A stretch of DNA of 64,000 bases from Dehalococcoidia bacterium (GTDB taxonomy: Bacteria > Chloroflexota > Dehalococcoidia > UBA6926). Positions 36,448 through 45,451 of this stretch are shown here, in pieces (within the stretch, counting starts at the first letter, position 1; the number at the start of each line of letters is the position of its first letter). The position numbers and the translations under genes are program-made. The stretch spans positions 41,248 to 105,247 of the forward strand of contig VXMO01000002.1 of assembly GCA_009841045.1 (NCBI GenBank), given 5' to 3'. The notes under the pieces were generated by a model. It saw only the letters and a program-made list of their open reading frames with translations, made no database searches and was not told where the DNA came from.

Positions 36448-38496
36448 ATGAAAGCCAGCAGAAAGAAACACCGCCGTTTTCCACCGCGAAGCGGAAAAGC
36501 TACCACCCCCGAGGGCCCGCCGCAGCGACTCACACTTGAACTTGAGCGCCCGGGCCATCAGGGTGAGGCCGTCGGACGCCGTGACGACGGCAAGATCGTT
36601 CTCGCCTCCTACGGCATCGCAGGAGAGCGCGTCGTCGTCGAGGTACGTGAGGAGCATCCGACATACATTGTTGGCGAAGTCGTAGAAGTCCTACGATCAT
36701 CGCCGGAGCGCGTGGAACCACACTGCCCGCACTTCGGTGCCTGTGGGGGTTGCCAGCTCCAACACATAGCGTATGAAGAGCAGGGCAGAATCAAGCAGAG
36801 CGTCCTCACTGATCAGCTCCGACGGATCGGCCACATTGTGGAGCCGCCGGTCTCAGAAATACTCGCTGCGACAGACCCATGGCATTACCGCAACAACGCG
36901 CGATTCACCGTGCGGCGCGAAGGCGTAACCGGATTTACCCATTGGCACACCCATCGGTTCGAGCCCATCGATGAGTGCCTGATCATGGACTCGCGCATTA
37001 ATGACATCAAACGCAAACTGGATGGCGCGCTCACCAATCGCGAGCGCCAGCTTGCCGTCCGCATCGGCCGCAACACTAGGGATACGCTAGTCCATCCCGC
37101 CCTCAACGGGCGCGGCGATGAGCACGGTGTTGAAACTGGTCAGGAATCGTACGAAGAGCGGCTGTTCAACGTGCCGTTCAGGGTCTCCGCCGCCTCCTTC
37201 TTCCAGGTCAACACCGCCCAAGCGGAGCGCATGATTGCACTGGTGAGAGATCGACTCCAACCTACGCCGGGGGACACCGTTGTTGATGCCTACGCCGGTG
37301 TTGGCACGATTGCAGCCCTGATCGCTCCGATGGTCGGGCGTGTCATCGCCATCGAGGAATCTGCCGCCGCGGTCCGCGACGCTGAGGTCAACCTTGCGCC
37401 ATTCCCAAACGTCGAAATGGTCCTTGCCAAGACGGAAGAAGCCCTGCCGGAACTTGATGAGCGCGTCGACGCCGTCATCCTTGACCCACCCCGTGCCGGC
37501 TGTTACCCCGAGGTCATCGACGCCTTACGCCGACTCAAACCCCGCCGCATCGTCTATGTTTCCTGCGACCCCGCCACCCTCGCACGCGACCTCAACCGCC
37601 TGATTCTTAGCGGCTACATGCTTACGGATGTCACGCCTGTCGATATGTTTCCCCACACATACCACATCGAGAGCGTCTCAACGCTGGAGCGGATGCCGGC
37701 AAACGGCTTTATCCTCGCCTCCACCTCTGCCCGCCGCCGTGAAATCCTCTCCCAGCAAAACGCGCGCTTCGCCACCCTCGCCCCCGCCACAAACATTGAA
37801 GAATCGGCAGATTCTGTCATTCCAACGTCCAATCCCGTCGCCTACGCCCAAAACCTCGCCCTCCAAAAAGCCCAATCAGTGGCGACCGAAAACACAATGA
37901 CCCCCGTCGTTGGTGCGGACACCGTCGTTGTCGCCCCGGACGGCGCCATCCTCAATAAACCACAGGACGCAGACGAAGCCCGCCACATGCTCCGGACACT
38001 AAGAGAAGGTGACCATCAGGTCATAACCGCTATCGCCGTCATCCCATCCGGCGACAATCCCGAGCCGGTGGTCGGCTACGAAATCACCACAGGCCGAATG
38101 CGCGCGTACACGGACGCGGAAATCGAGGATTACATTGCCACCGGTGATCCGTTTGATAAGGCAGGCGCATACGGCATCCAGCACCCGGAGTTCCGCCCAG
38201 TCGCAGAACTCAACGGCTGCTATCTGAACGTCGTCGGCCTACCCCTCTGCCTCCTGGATCGACTACTAACGCAAGCCCGCGGTGTTACAAATTCCCCTCA
38301 TTCCGCCGAAAGCATGTCCCGTACTCCGATACGGGGCCAGAATCCATCTGTCATTCCGAGCGAAGCCGAGGAATCCAAAGGGTCTGTTAGCCAGCTAACC
38401 CCTCCGAACTCCAACACGAAAACCCAATGCGCCTACTGCGCCCAGCGCACGCCGCCGCACCTCAGGCTGCCACAAGTCCCACCCCGCTCACCCTGA
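36448..38496 (+). CDS. rlmD: Fusion of 23S rRNA m5U methyltransferase (RlmD/TrmA family) and Maf nucleotide pyrophosphatase
   Basis: TRAM domain, CPHFGACGGCQLQH, SFFQVN, DAYAGVG, LDPPRAG, YVSCDPATLARD, VDMFPHT; then in frame ILASTSARRREIL, GADTVV, KPQD, DKAGAYGIQ, NVVGLP. Confidence 0.93.
   Translation: MKASRKKHRRFPPRSGKATTPEGPPQRLTLELERPGHQGEAVGRRDDGKIVLASYGIAGERVVVEVREEHPTYIVGEVVEVLRSSPERVEPHCPHFGACGGCQLQHIAYEEQGRIKQSVLTDQLRRIGHIVEPPVSEILAATDPWHYRNNARFTVRREGVTGFTHWHTHRFEPIDECLIMDSRINDIKRKLDGALTNRERQLAVRIGRNTRDTLVHPALNGRGDEHGVETGQESYEERLFNVPFRVSAASFFQVNTAQAERMIALVRDRLQPTPGDTVVDAYAGVGTIAALIAPMVGRVIAIEESAAAVRDAEVNLAPFPNVEMVLAKTEEALPELDERVDAVILDPPRAGCYPEVIDALRRLKPRRIVYVSCDPATLARDLNRLILSGYMLTDVTPVDMFPHTYHIESVSTLERMPANGFILASTSARRREILSQQNARFATLAPATNIEESADSVIPTSNPVAYAQNLALQKAQSVATENTMTPVVGADTVVVAPDGAILNKPQDADEARHMLRTLREGDHQVITAIAVIPSGDNPEPVVGYEITTGRMRAYTDAEIEDYIATGDPFDKAGAYGIQHPEFRPVAELNGCYLNVVGLPLCLLDRLLTQARGVTNSPHSAESMSRTPIRGQNPSVIPSEAEESKGSVSQLTPPNSNTKTQCAYCAQRTPPHLRLPQVPPRSP
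38297..38376. repeat. Two adjacent TCATTCCG...GAATCC palindromic miniature repeats inside the RlmD-Maf 3' end
   Basis: 38297-38346 (contains a CCCGTA-CTCCGA-TACGGG hairpin) and 38350-38376 share both termini. Confidence 0.65.
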
Positions 38497-38517
38497 GCCT
38501 GTCGAAAGGGAGCGGGG
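38482..38517. repeat. Small palindromic REP-like element, possibly acting as terminator
   Basis: CCCCGCTCACCCT-GAGCCTGTCGAA-AGGGAGCGGGG between convergent genes; provides the rlmD-maf TGA stop. Confidence 0.75.
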
Positions 38518-38528
38518 AAGAGCCTAAC

Positions 38529-39416
38529 TTACCGCCTTGCCCTTGGCCCAAATGGCTCCGGCTGGAATGGGGCGTCGCGGGTCTCGATGTAGCTTCGGAG
38601 TCCGCCTTTTTCGTTGGCGTCGTCCAGGTGCCGCTTGAAATCCTCGCGCTGTGAGGTGTGAGCAAGGGCGGCAAGCTCTGCGTTCAGGCTCCAAGCCTTG
38701 TCCAGCCCCATCATCTCCAGCCCCAGCGTCGCCACGTGCAGGTTGATCTTCACGGTCTCCGGTGACACCAGCGCGATGCGCTCCCCGATGTAGAAGCACT
38801 CGTCCAGCAGGTCATCGTGCGGGACAACCTTGTTCACGATGCCAATCCGCAGCGCCTCCTCCGCGTCAATGTGGTCACCGGTGAGCGCATAGCGCAGCGC
38901 GTTCTTGTAGCCCGCCAACAGCACCCAGATGAAGTTCGTGTTGGAGATGTGCCGCACCTCAGGCTGCCCAAACACAGCGTTCTCTGAGGCAATCGTGATG
39001 TGGGTGGTCAGAGCGAGCCATGAGGCTGCCCCAAGCGCCCACCCGTTGATCGCGCCGATGATGGGCTTGGGATATTCCCACCGCCGCATCTGGTCGCGGA
39101 TGCCGTTGCGGTCTCCGTCGCGCCACGAGTCCAGGAACTCCGCCACGGACTGCCCTTCGCGGAGGCCGTATGGCCAGACGACAGGCGGCAACGACCCATC
39201 ACGAGAGCCGCGCATATTCGCCCCCGCCGAGAAAGCCCGGCCCGCGCCCGTGAGAATCACGTAGCGGATTGAGTCATCCTGTTCCGCCTCATCAAGGGCG
39301 GCATTGAGATCGGCCCGCAGCTCAACACTGAGCGAGTTCATCGCCTCAGGCCGGTTCAGCGTGATCAACACACCATTCTTCTGCGGCTCATACAGAATAT
39401 TTTCGTACGTGGTCAT
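38529..39416 (-). CDS. Enoyl-CoA hydratase/isomerase family protein
   Basis: ITLNRPEAMNSL, ILTGAGRAFSAG, KPIIGAINGWALG, FGQPE, AEEALRIGIVN. Confidence 0.95.
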   Translation of the reverse strand: MTTYENILYEPQKNGVLITLNRPEAMNSLSVELRADLNAALDEAEQDDSIRYVILTGAGRAFSAGANMRGSRDGSLPPVVWPYGLREGQSVAEFLDSWRDGDRNGIRDQMRRWEYPKPIIGAINGWALGAASWLALTTHITIASENAVFGQPEVRHISNTNFIWVLLAGYKNALRYALTGDHIDAEEALRIGIVNKVVPHDDLLDECFYIGERIALVSPETVKINLHVATLGLEMMGLDKAWSLNAELAALAHTSQREDFKRHLDDANEKGGLRSYIETRDAPFQPEPFGPRARR

Positions 39417-39452
39417 TGTGGTGACTCCTTCCTGTTTTGTTCGCGGTGCGTG

Positions 39453-41864
39453 TTACACCAACGCCCCGCTCTCCGTCAGGCTCTTGATTTCGTCATCCCT
39501 GAGACCAATCACATTGCGGTAGATGTCCTCGTTGTCTTGGCCGGACGTGGGAGCGGGAACATCGGACTGCCCCGGCGTATCCGAAAGAAAAGCGCTCAGA
39601 GCGGGGTGAGTGAGCGGCGGGCCGATGTCCCACGGCGCGGGCGGTGGGACACTGACAACCGAGCCGCGCTCTCGTAGATGCGGATCCCAGATGAGCTTGT
39701 CTGGCCCCTGGTCCATACCCGCTGGAATCCGGCGACGCTGGAGCCGGTCGAAGACCTGCTGCGGATTCATGGTGGCCGTCCATTCGCCGATGCGACGGTC
39801 AAGCTCCTCCTTGTTCGCCAGCCGGCCCTCAAGCGTGTCCCACTTGGCATCCTGCGCCCACGCCGGGGAATCCATGGCCTGGACAAGCCGCCGCCAATCA
39901 TCGTCGTCACGGCACACGATGGCACACCATGCATCGTGACCAACACAGGGATAGACCTCATGGGGCGCGAACCGCTCCGAGTTGTTGCCCTTCGCGACAG
40001 CATCGACGCCGTTGATGGTGTAGTCCATGTAGAGAACGCCAAGCGTGGAGGCAAGACCTTCAAGCTGGGCAACCTCGATAAACTGTCCCTCGCCGGTCTG
40101 TGTCCGATGCTCCAGCGCGGTCAGGATCGCACCGACAGTCGCGGAACCGGCGACATAGTCCGTATAGCCGAGCTTGGGGCGGGTAGTCATGGGACTGCCC
40201 TCATGTCCCCAGATGTACCCGAGGCCGCAGAAGCCGAAGATCATCTGGCCGTAGGTGGTGAAGTGGTGCGAGGGGCCCGTCAGGCCGAGGCCGGGCATCT
40301 GTACGGAGATGATGTCGGGCTTCACCTTGACCAGTTCTTCGTAGCCGAGCTTCATCCGATCCATGACGCCCGCGCGCCAGTTGTCTATGACGACATCGGA
40401 TTGCGCGACCAGTCGCTTGACGACCTCCAGTCCTTCCGGGTTCTGCGCATTGATGTTGACGCTGCGCTTTCCGCGGTTGAGTTCGGCAAAGGCGGGAGCG
40501 TCCGGGCGGCGGGCGATCGGGTGGGCATCTGTCTCCACCTTGATCACATCAGCGCCGAGGAACGCGAGAAATCCTGTCGCAACGGGCCCCGCGACAGCCT
40601 GTGTGAAATCAACGACGCGCACGCCGTCGAGCGGCTTGATCCGCTCCGCGCTGTGATTGTCACTCGCTCCATTTCTTGCGGCTCCGGCCGGCACAGGCGC
40701 TCTTAATTCGGATAGAACTTCATCCGTGTGCTGGCCGACGGATGGCGCAGGGCGATTCACACGCCATGGCGTGCGTGACATGCGGAAGGGCGCGCCGGCA
40801 GTGCGGTACTTGCCGATGACAGGATGTTCAAGGTCCTCGAACCAGTCGCGGGCATTCGGGTGTGGATGATGAACGAACTCGGAGACCTTATGGATGGCGG
40901 TGGACGGGATGCCTCGCCGTTGCCCCTCGTCCACAAAGCCCTCGCGGTCTAGCTTCAGAATGTGGTCCACCATCACAGCGTCGATAACGTCGATATTCTC
41001 GCGCCGCCACGCAGGATCAAGCATGTTCTGGGAGGTTACGTTCTCCGAATCCAGCCATTCGGCAAGGCGCGTATAGTGACGATCCATGTACGTGGATGTC
41101 TGGACGAAACCGCCGTCTCGCGTTTCAAAGATGGACACGCCGGGGTTGCTTGGCGCGGCGCCTGCGCGGCGGCGGATGTACTGGGAGAACGAGTACTCCC
41201 CGAGCACTGTCATAAGCTGCCAGAGGCCAACATCCTGCATGGATACGTCCACCTGCTGACCCCGGCCTGTCAGATGCCGGGCGCGCACTGCGGCCATGAC
41301 GCCGAGAACCGTATGGAATCCCGTGACGCGATAGAGCTGCTCCACGGGAACGATGCACGGGCGCTCCTCGCTGTCGCCATGGATATACATGACAGCCGTC
41401 ATTGCCTGCACTGTCAACTCCGTGCCGACGTAGTCCTTGCGTGGCCCTGACCTGCCGTAAGGGCTGACTGAAGCAAGGATTATGCCGGGATTGACTGAAG
41501 ACAGAGCCCCGTAGCCAATGCCCCGGTCATCAAGATATGTCCTGTCAAAACACTCAACGACAACGTCCGCCGTTGCGGCAAGCTGCCCAAACGCGTCGCG
41601 TCCATCACTCGTCTCAAGGTCAAGAACAATGCTCCGCTTGTTGTGGTTATCGGAAATGAACGGGATGCTCCGATCAGGATCAGGCGTGTTCCCGGCAAGT
41701 GGTGCCTGGTTGCGGAGGGGATCGCCGCCGGGCGGTTCTATCTTAATGACATCTGCGCCGAGATCGCCGAGCAGGCGTGTAGCGAACTGAGGCGTCGGCC
41801 CGCCGAGGTCAAGAACGCGCAGGTGTCCAAGCGCCGCGGCGCCGTGTCCATTCTGGTCAGTCAT
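39453..41864 (-). CDS. Family III CoA-transferase with two fused CaiB/BaiF domains
   Basis: Two units: LRVLDL..LGDLGADVIKIEPP..NKRSIVLDL and VRVVDF..LAFLGADVIKVE..NRGKRSV. Confidence 0.94.
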   Translation of the reverse strand: MTDQNGHGAAALGHLRVLDLGGPTPQFATRLLGDLGADVIKIEPPGGDPLRNQAPLAGNTPDPDRSIPFISDNHNKRSIVLDLETSDGRDAFGQLAATADVVVECFDRTYLDDRGIGYGALSSVNPGIILASVSPYGRSGPRKDYVGTELTVQAMTAVMYIHGDSEERPCIVPVEQLYRVTGFHTVLGVMAAVRARHLTGRGQQVDVSMQDVGLWQLMTVLGEYSFSQYIRRRAGAAPSNPGVSIFETRDGGFVQTSTYMDRHYTRLAEWLDSENVTSQNMLDPAWRRENIDVIDAVMVDHILKLDREGFVDEGQRRGIPSTAIHKVSEFVHHPHPNARDWFEDLEHPVIGKYRTAGAPFRMSRTPWRVNRPAPSVGQHTDEVLSELRAPVPAGAARNGASDNHSAERIKPLDGVRVVDFTQAVAGPVATGFLAFLGADVIKVETDAHPIARRPDAPAFAELNRGKRSVNINAQNPEGLEVVKRLVAQSDVVIDNWRAGVMDRMKLGYEELVKVKPDIISVQMPGLGLTGPSHHFTTYGQMIFGFCGLGYIWGHEGSPMTTRPKLGYTDYVAGSATVGAILTALEHRTQTGEGQFIEVAQLEGLASTLGVLYMDYTINGVDAVAKGNNSERFAPHEVYPCVGHDAWCAIVCRDDDDWRRLVQAMDSPAWAQDAKWDTLEGRLANKEELDRRIGEWTATMNPQQVFDRLQRRRIPAGMDQGPDKLIWDPHLRERGSVVSVPPPAPWDIGPPLTHPALSAFLSDTPGQSDVPAPTSGQDNEDIYRNVIGLRDDEIKSLTESGALV

Positions 41865-41874
41865 GACAGCCTCC

Positions 41875-41901
41875 CCGTTCGCCCTGAGCCTGTCGAAGGG
41901 C
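41875..41901. repeat. Small palindromic REP-like element, partial
   Basis: CCGTTCGCCCTGAGCCTGTCGAAGGGC. Confidence 0.7.
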
Positions 41902-41963
41902 CACTTCTGCCGATTGTGCGCGTATCATCCCGCGATGGGAATAATCTGTCTAGTTTTTGGACG

Positions 41964-42479
41964 TCAATCAGCTATAAACCGCAGTAGCAGCCCAAGCAGA
42001 ATCACGACAGGCCCAAGAACGAACAGCACGTTGGTTGGAGAGGTAAGGCGGGCCAGTGATGATCCGGCATCCGTGACAAGGCGTGTCAGCGGCCCTGGCA
42101 GGATTTCGCTCCAGAGTCCCTCAACAGGCGAGGAACGGCGTCGCGGGCCTCGCCGACCAAGCGAAATCGCGATGAGGAACATGACTGCGGAGAGACCGAC
42201 CTTTAACCCAAGGAGAAGTGCGAAGCCGAAGCCGATTTCCTCCGTCAAGCGATCGTAGATGAGCAGGACACCGGTAATCAGCAACACCCACATGGACAGA
42301 TCAACAATCTGCTTGAACCGCTCGCCGATGAGGCGGGGAAGATCGGGCGAGCCGCCCCCGCTCTGTCGCATGGCAGGCCGCAGTGCCGCCAGATAGAAGA
42401 TGTTCCCGCCAACCCATGCGACGGTGGCAATAACATGCGCCCACCGCGTCACAAGGACAGTCACTTCAAGGAAAGTCAT
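41964..42479 (-). CDS. CopD/DUF4149-like four-TM membrane protein
   Basis: RWAHVIATVAWVGGNIF, LLITG, LLGLKV pattern. Confidence 0.65.
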   Translation of the reverse strand: MTFLEVTVLVTRWAHVIATVAWVGGNIFYLAALRPAMRQSGGGSPDLPRLIGERFKQIVDLSMWVLLITGVLLIYDRLTEEIGFGFALLLGLKVGLSAVMFLIAISLGRRGPRRRSSPVEGLWSEILPGPLTRLVTDAGSSLARLTSPTNVLFVLGPVVILLGLLLRFIAD

Positions 42480-42544
42480 GACGATAGTGTACGGGGCGAC
42501 CTTCCGAGACGTGCTCTGCCATTCTTTCCTACAATAGTTGCACC

Positions 42545-45451
42545 ATGCCGAGCTTTGAAATCATCAAGGGCGGGGCGGGCAGCGGAAAGACACGCAGAAT
42601 AGTCGAGCGCCTCGCAGACCTTTATCGCCAAGACCCCTTCAGCGCCGCTCTTGTCCTCGTCCCGACCATTCGCCACGCTGACCAATTTCGACGCCGCCTC
42701 GTCCAGGAGTGCGCCATCGCCATGAACCTGCGTGTGGAAACGATGACGATGTTCGCGCGTAGCGTGACGAAGGGATCCCCGATTCTGAGCGCCTCACGGG
42801 CTACAGACGAATTGGCGCGTGTTGCGCGCAGAACTGTCGCGCGTGGTGGGGACGCCGACTATTTCAACCCCATCGCCGGCATGGCTGGCTTTGTTCCAAT
42901 GATCGAATCGGCCGTTGGGAGCCTCCTTGAAGAAGACATCAAACCTGGCTCCTCGCAAGCCGCCGCCGCGCAAACCGACTCCGCACTCGCTAGCGCCTTG
43001 GCGAGCATCTACGCCGCCTACGTTCAGGAACTGGAACAACGGAGGCTCATACATCCGGTACAGGTCAACTCCGTGGCGGCGAGTGCTATCCGGGCGGGGG
43101 CAGATGTGCCGGGCATCGTGATGGTGGATGGCTTCCAGCGGTTTACGGCTCAGGAGATCCAGCTGCTCGCGGCCCTGTCCGAACGCGCGGACATGACAAT
43201 CACGTTTGACCCCGAGGCTTCGGGACGTTCAGAGTCTGACCTCAAACGTCTACAAGAAAAATGGCCTAGTACTCACCCCACACAACTTTCCCCGCCGCAG
43301 GACAACGTCGCTGACATGACGAAGGGAGAGGCTGCCAATCCAGAACAGCACGCGCGAGAGATCGCGCGGCAGATCAAAAGGAAACTGGCAGATGATCCCA
43401 CGCTGAGGCCGTCCGACTGCGCCGTCACGTTCAGGCAGGTCACGCCATATCTCGCCATGATGCGCCGCATCTTCGCCGAATATGAAATCCCCCTTGACCC
43501 TGCGGCAGGCGCGCGCCTGCGCGATACCCCGCTCGGCTCCTGGCTGAACCGCCTGCTCGGCGTCAAAGACAACGGATGGCGTGTCAAGGACGTCACCGCC
43601 ATCCTCCGTAGCGGCGTCGTCAACCTCAATCGCTGGAACCTGACGGGCAACGACCTTGATTACATCGCCCAAACGGCTCGCGAAAACAACTTCTGGTCTG
43701 GCTTGGAAGCGCTTGAGGGATTGAGCGGCCAAGCCCCCTCAGGTTTCAAGGACGCGCTGAACGACGTCACCGCACTGCATAACCTCATGGAGTCCGATGA
43801 CTGTGACAGTGTGCAGATTCTGGCGGACGCGCTGTACGGCGAGAATGGCTGGCTGCAAGACCCTCGGGACGTTGATGATGAATCGGCGCAGTGCATTGAT
43901 CAGCTACGGTCCTATCTGACTGAAATGGCGGACTCGCAGCGTGACGATGCTGATGACGCAGGCGACAACGAACAGGAACCTTTCGAACGCTTCCGCGAAC
44001 GCCTTGATCGCCGCCTCGGAATGCCAATTCTCATGCGAAGAACGCCCGGCGGTGTGCTCCTTGCTCCTATGCACACCATGCACGGCCTGCGTTTCAAACA
44101 CGTCATGGTGGGTGGACTGTCCGAGGGCGAATTCCCCGCAGGCCGCCGTTACGGCGACCTGCTTAGCGATGCAATGCGCCAGGAATTGATTGATGCCGGC
44201 CTTCCCCTCCCGCCTGCCCCCCGCTCCACCGAGGAAGAACTCTGGCAATCCGTCACATCTCGCGCGGAAGACTCAACCAACCTGTGGCGTTACCGCCTCA
44301 ATGCTTCAGGCAAGGAAGCTACTCCGGCGTGGGTGTTCGAAGATGACAAATCTGACACCGTGAATCGCCCCGACGTTCAGGAGATTGGAGAATCGGCGTC
44401 AACAAGAGAGCTTGCCATCGCCTGCGCCCGCGGATGGTTGAATGGAGAGTTCCTCCGACCCCAGGACTCTGCCTTGTCGGATGCATATTCCTGGCACGCG
44501 GTTCGCCGCGCGGCCCGGGCTGAACAGACCCGGCGGTCGTTCGAGTTTGCCGGTGAACATGAGGGTCAGATTTCAGGTGGGCTTGTGAGATGGAGAACCC
44601 GCGAGGGAGGGGTTTGGAGCGCGTCGTCGCTCGACTCCTATCTCACCTGCGCGTTCCAGTTCTTTGGCAGGTACGTCCTTCGGCTTGAGGAGCTTGATGA
44701 CGAGCCTGAGGAGGGAGACGCCGCCATACGCGGCACAATCATCCACACAATCCTCGAAAAAGCATTCGAGCCACTTGTAGAGCAAGAACAACCGCTCTCG
44801 GTGGAGACATTAGGCGATGTCATTCACTTTATCGACACCGAGGGCCGCGCGATGTGGGATCGCGCGCCGGAGGAACATGCCTTCGGGCAGGCGGCTCTGT
44901 GGAAACTCGAATGGCAGCGCTACCGCGATCGCATCATTGCGATGCTCTCGCAACAGGTGATGGGTCAAGGCTCATATGATGGCTACCGTGTGCTTGGAAC
45001 GGAGTACGAATTCAACGAGGAAACGGATACAAATCCGCCACTCAGGATTCACGGCAAAATCGACCGCGTCGATGAGACGCCAAATAATCTTGTCGTCATC
45101 GACTACAAGACCGGATCAATTCCAACACAGCGTCAGGTCAGACAAGGAAAGAGCGCGCAGTTGCCTCTCTACGCGCTGGCGCTTAGAAACCACATCTGGG
45201 CACATGACAAGAGTGTGATAACGCGATACGCCAAGCTGCCGTCGGCGGGCGATGTCAGGCCGTGGGCGCTGGATGACGCCATCGAGGAGGATTCAGAGGT
45301 CATCGACAATGTCGTGAACCTTCTCCAACAAAGCCGCGACGCAATAGAAGCTGGAGATTTCCGAGTCAATCCACAGGCTCCCGAATGTCCCCCGTTTTGT
45401 GCGATGAGGCGCGTGTGTCGCGTTAACGCGTTCAGCAGGCAGAAGTCATGA
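42545..45451 (+). CDS. addB: AddB-like helicase-nuclease subunit (PD-(D/E)xK nuclease, Fe-S staple)
   Basis: GGAGSGKT, LVLVP, VDGF; WSASSLDSYLTCAFQFF, RGTIIH, GKIDRVD, IDYKTG, QLPLY, C-PP-FC-x5-C. Confidence 0.88.
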   Translation: MPSFEIIKGGAGSGKTRRIVERLADLYRQDPFSAALVLVPTIRHADQFRRRLVQECAIAMNLRVETMTMFARSVTKGSPILSASRATDELARVARRTVARGGDADYFNPIAGMAGFVPMIESAVGSLLEEDIKPGSSQAAAAQTDSALASALASIYAAYVQELEQRRLIHPVQVNSVAASAIRAGADVPGIVMVDGFQRFTAQEIQLLAALSERADMTITFDPEASGRSESDLKRLQEKWPSTHPTQLSPPQDNVADMTKGEAANPEQHAREIARQIKRKLADDPTLRPSDCAVTFRQVTPYLAMMRRIFAEYEIPLDPAAGARLRDTPLGSWLNRLLGVKDNGWRVKDVTAILRSGVVNLNRWNLTGNDLDYIAQTARENNFWSGLEALEGLSGQAPSGFKDALNDVTALHNLMESDDCDSVQILADALYGENGWLQDPRDVDDESAQCIDQLRSYLTEMADSQRDDADDAGDNEQEPFERFRERLDRRLGMPILMRRTPGGVLLAPMHTMHGLRFKHVMVGGLSEGEFPAGRRYGDLLSDAMRQELIDAGLPLPPAPRSTEEELWQSVTSRAEDSTNLWRYRLNASGKEATPAWVFEDDKSDTVNRPDVQEIGESASTRELAIACARGWLNGEFLRPQDSALSDAYSWHAVRRAARAEQTRRSFEFAGEHEGQISGGLVRWRTREGGVWSASSLDSYLTCAFQFFGRYVLRLEELDDEPEEGDAAIRGTIIHTILEKAFEPLVEQEQPLSVETLGDVIHFIDTEGRAMWDRAPEEHAFGQAALWKLEWQRYRDRIIAMLSQQVMGQGSYDGYRVLGTEYEFNEETDTNPPLRIHGKIDRVDETPNNLVVIDYKTGSIPTQRQVRQGKSAQLPLYALALRNHIWAHDKSVITRYAKLPSAGDVRPWALDDAIEEDSEVIDNVVNLLQQSRDAIEAGDFRVNPQAPECPPFCAMRRVCRVNAFSRQKS

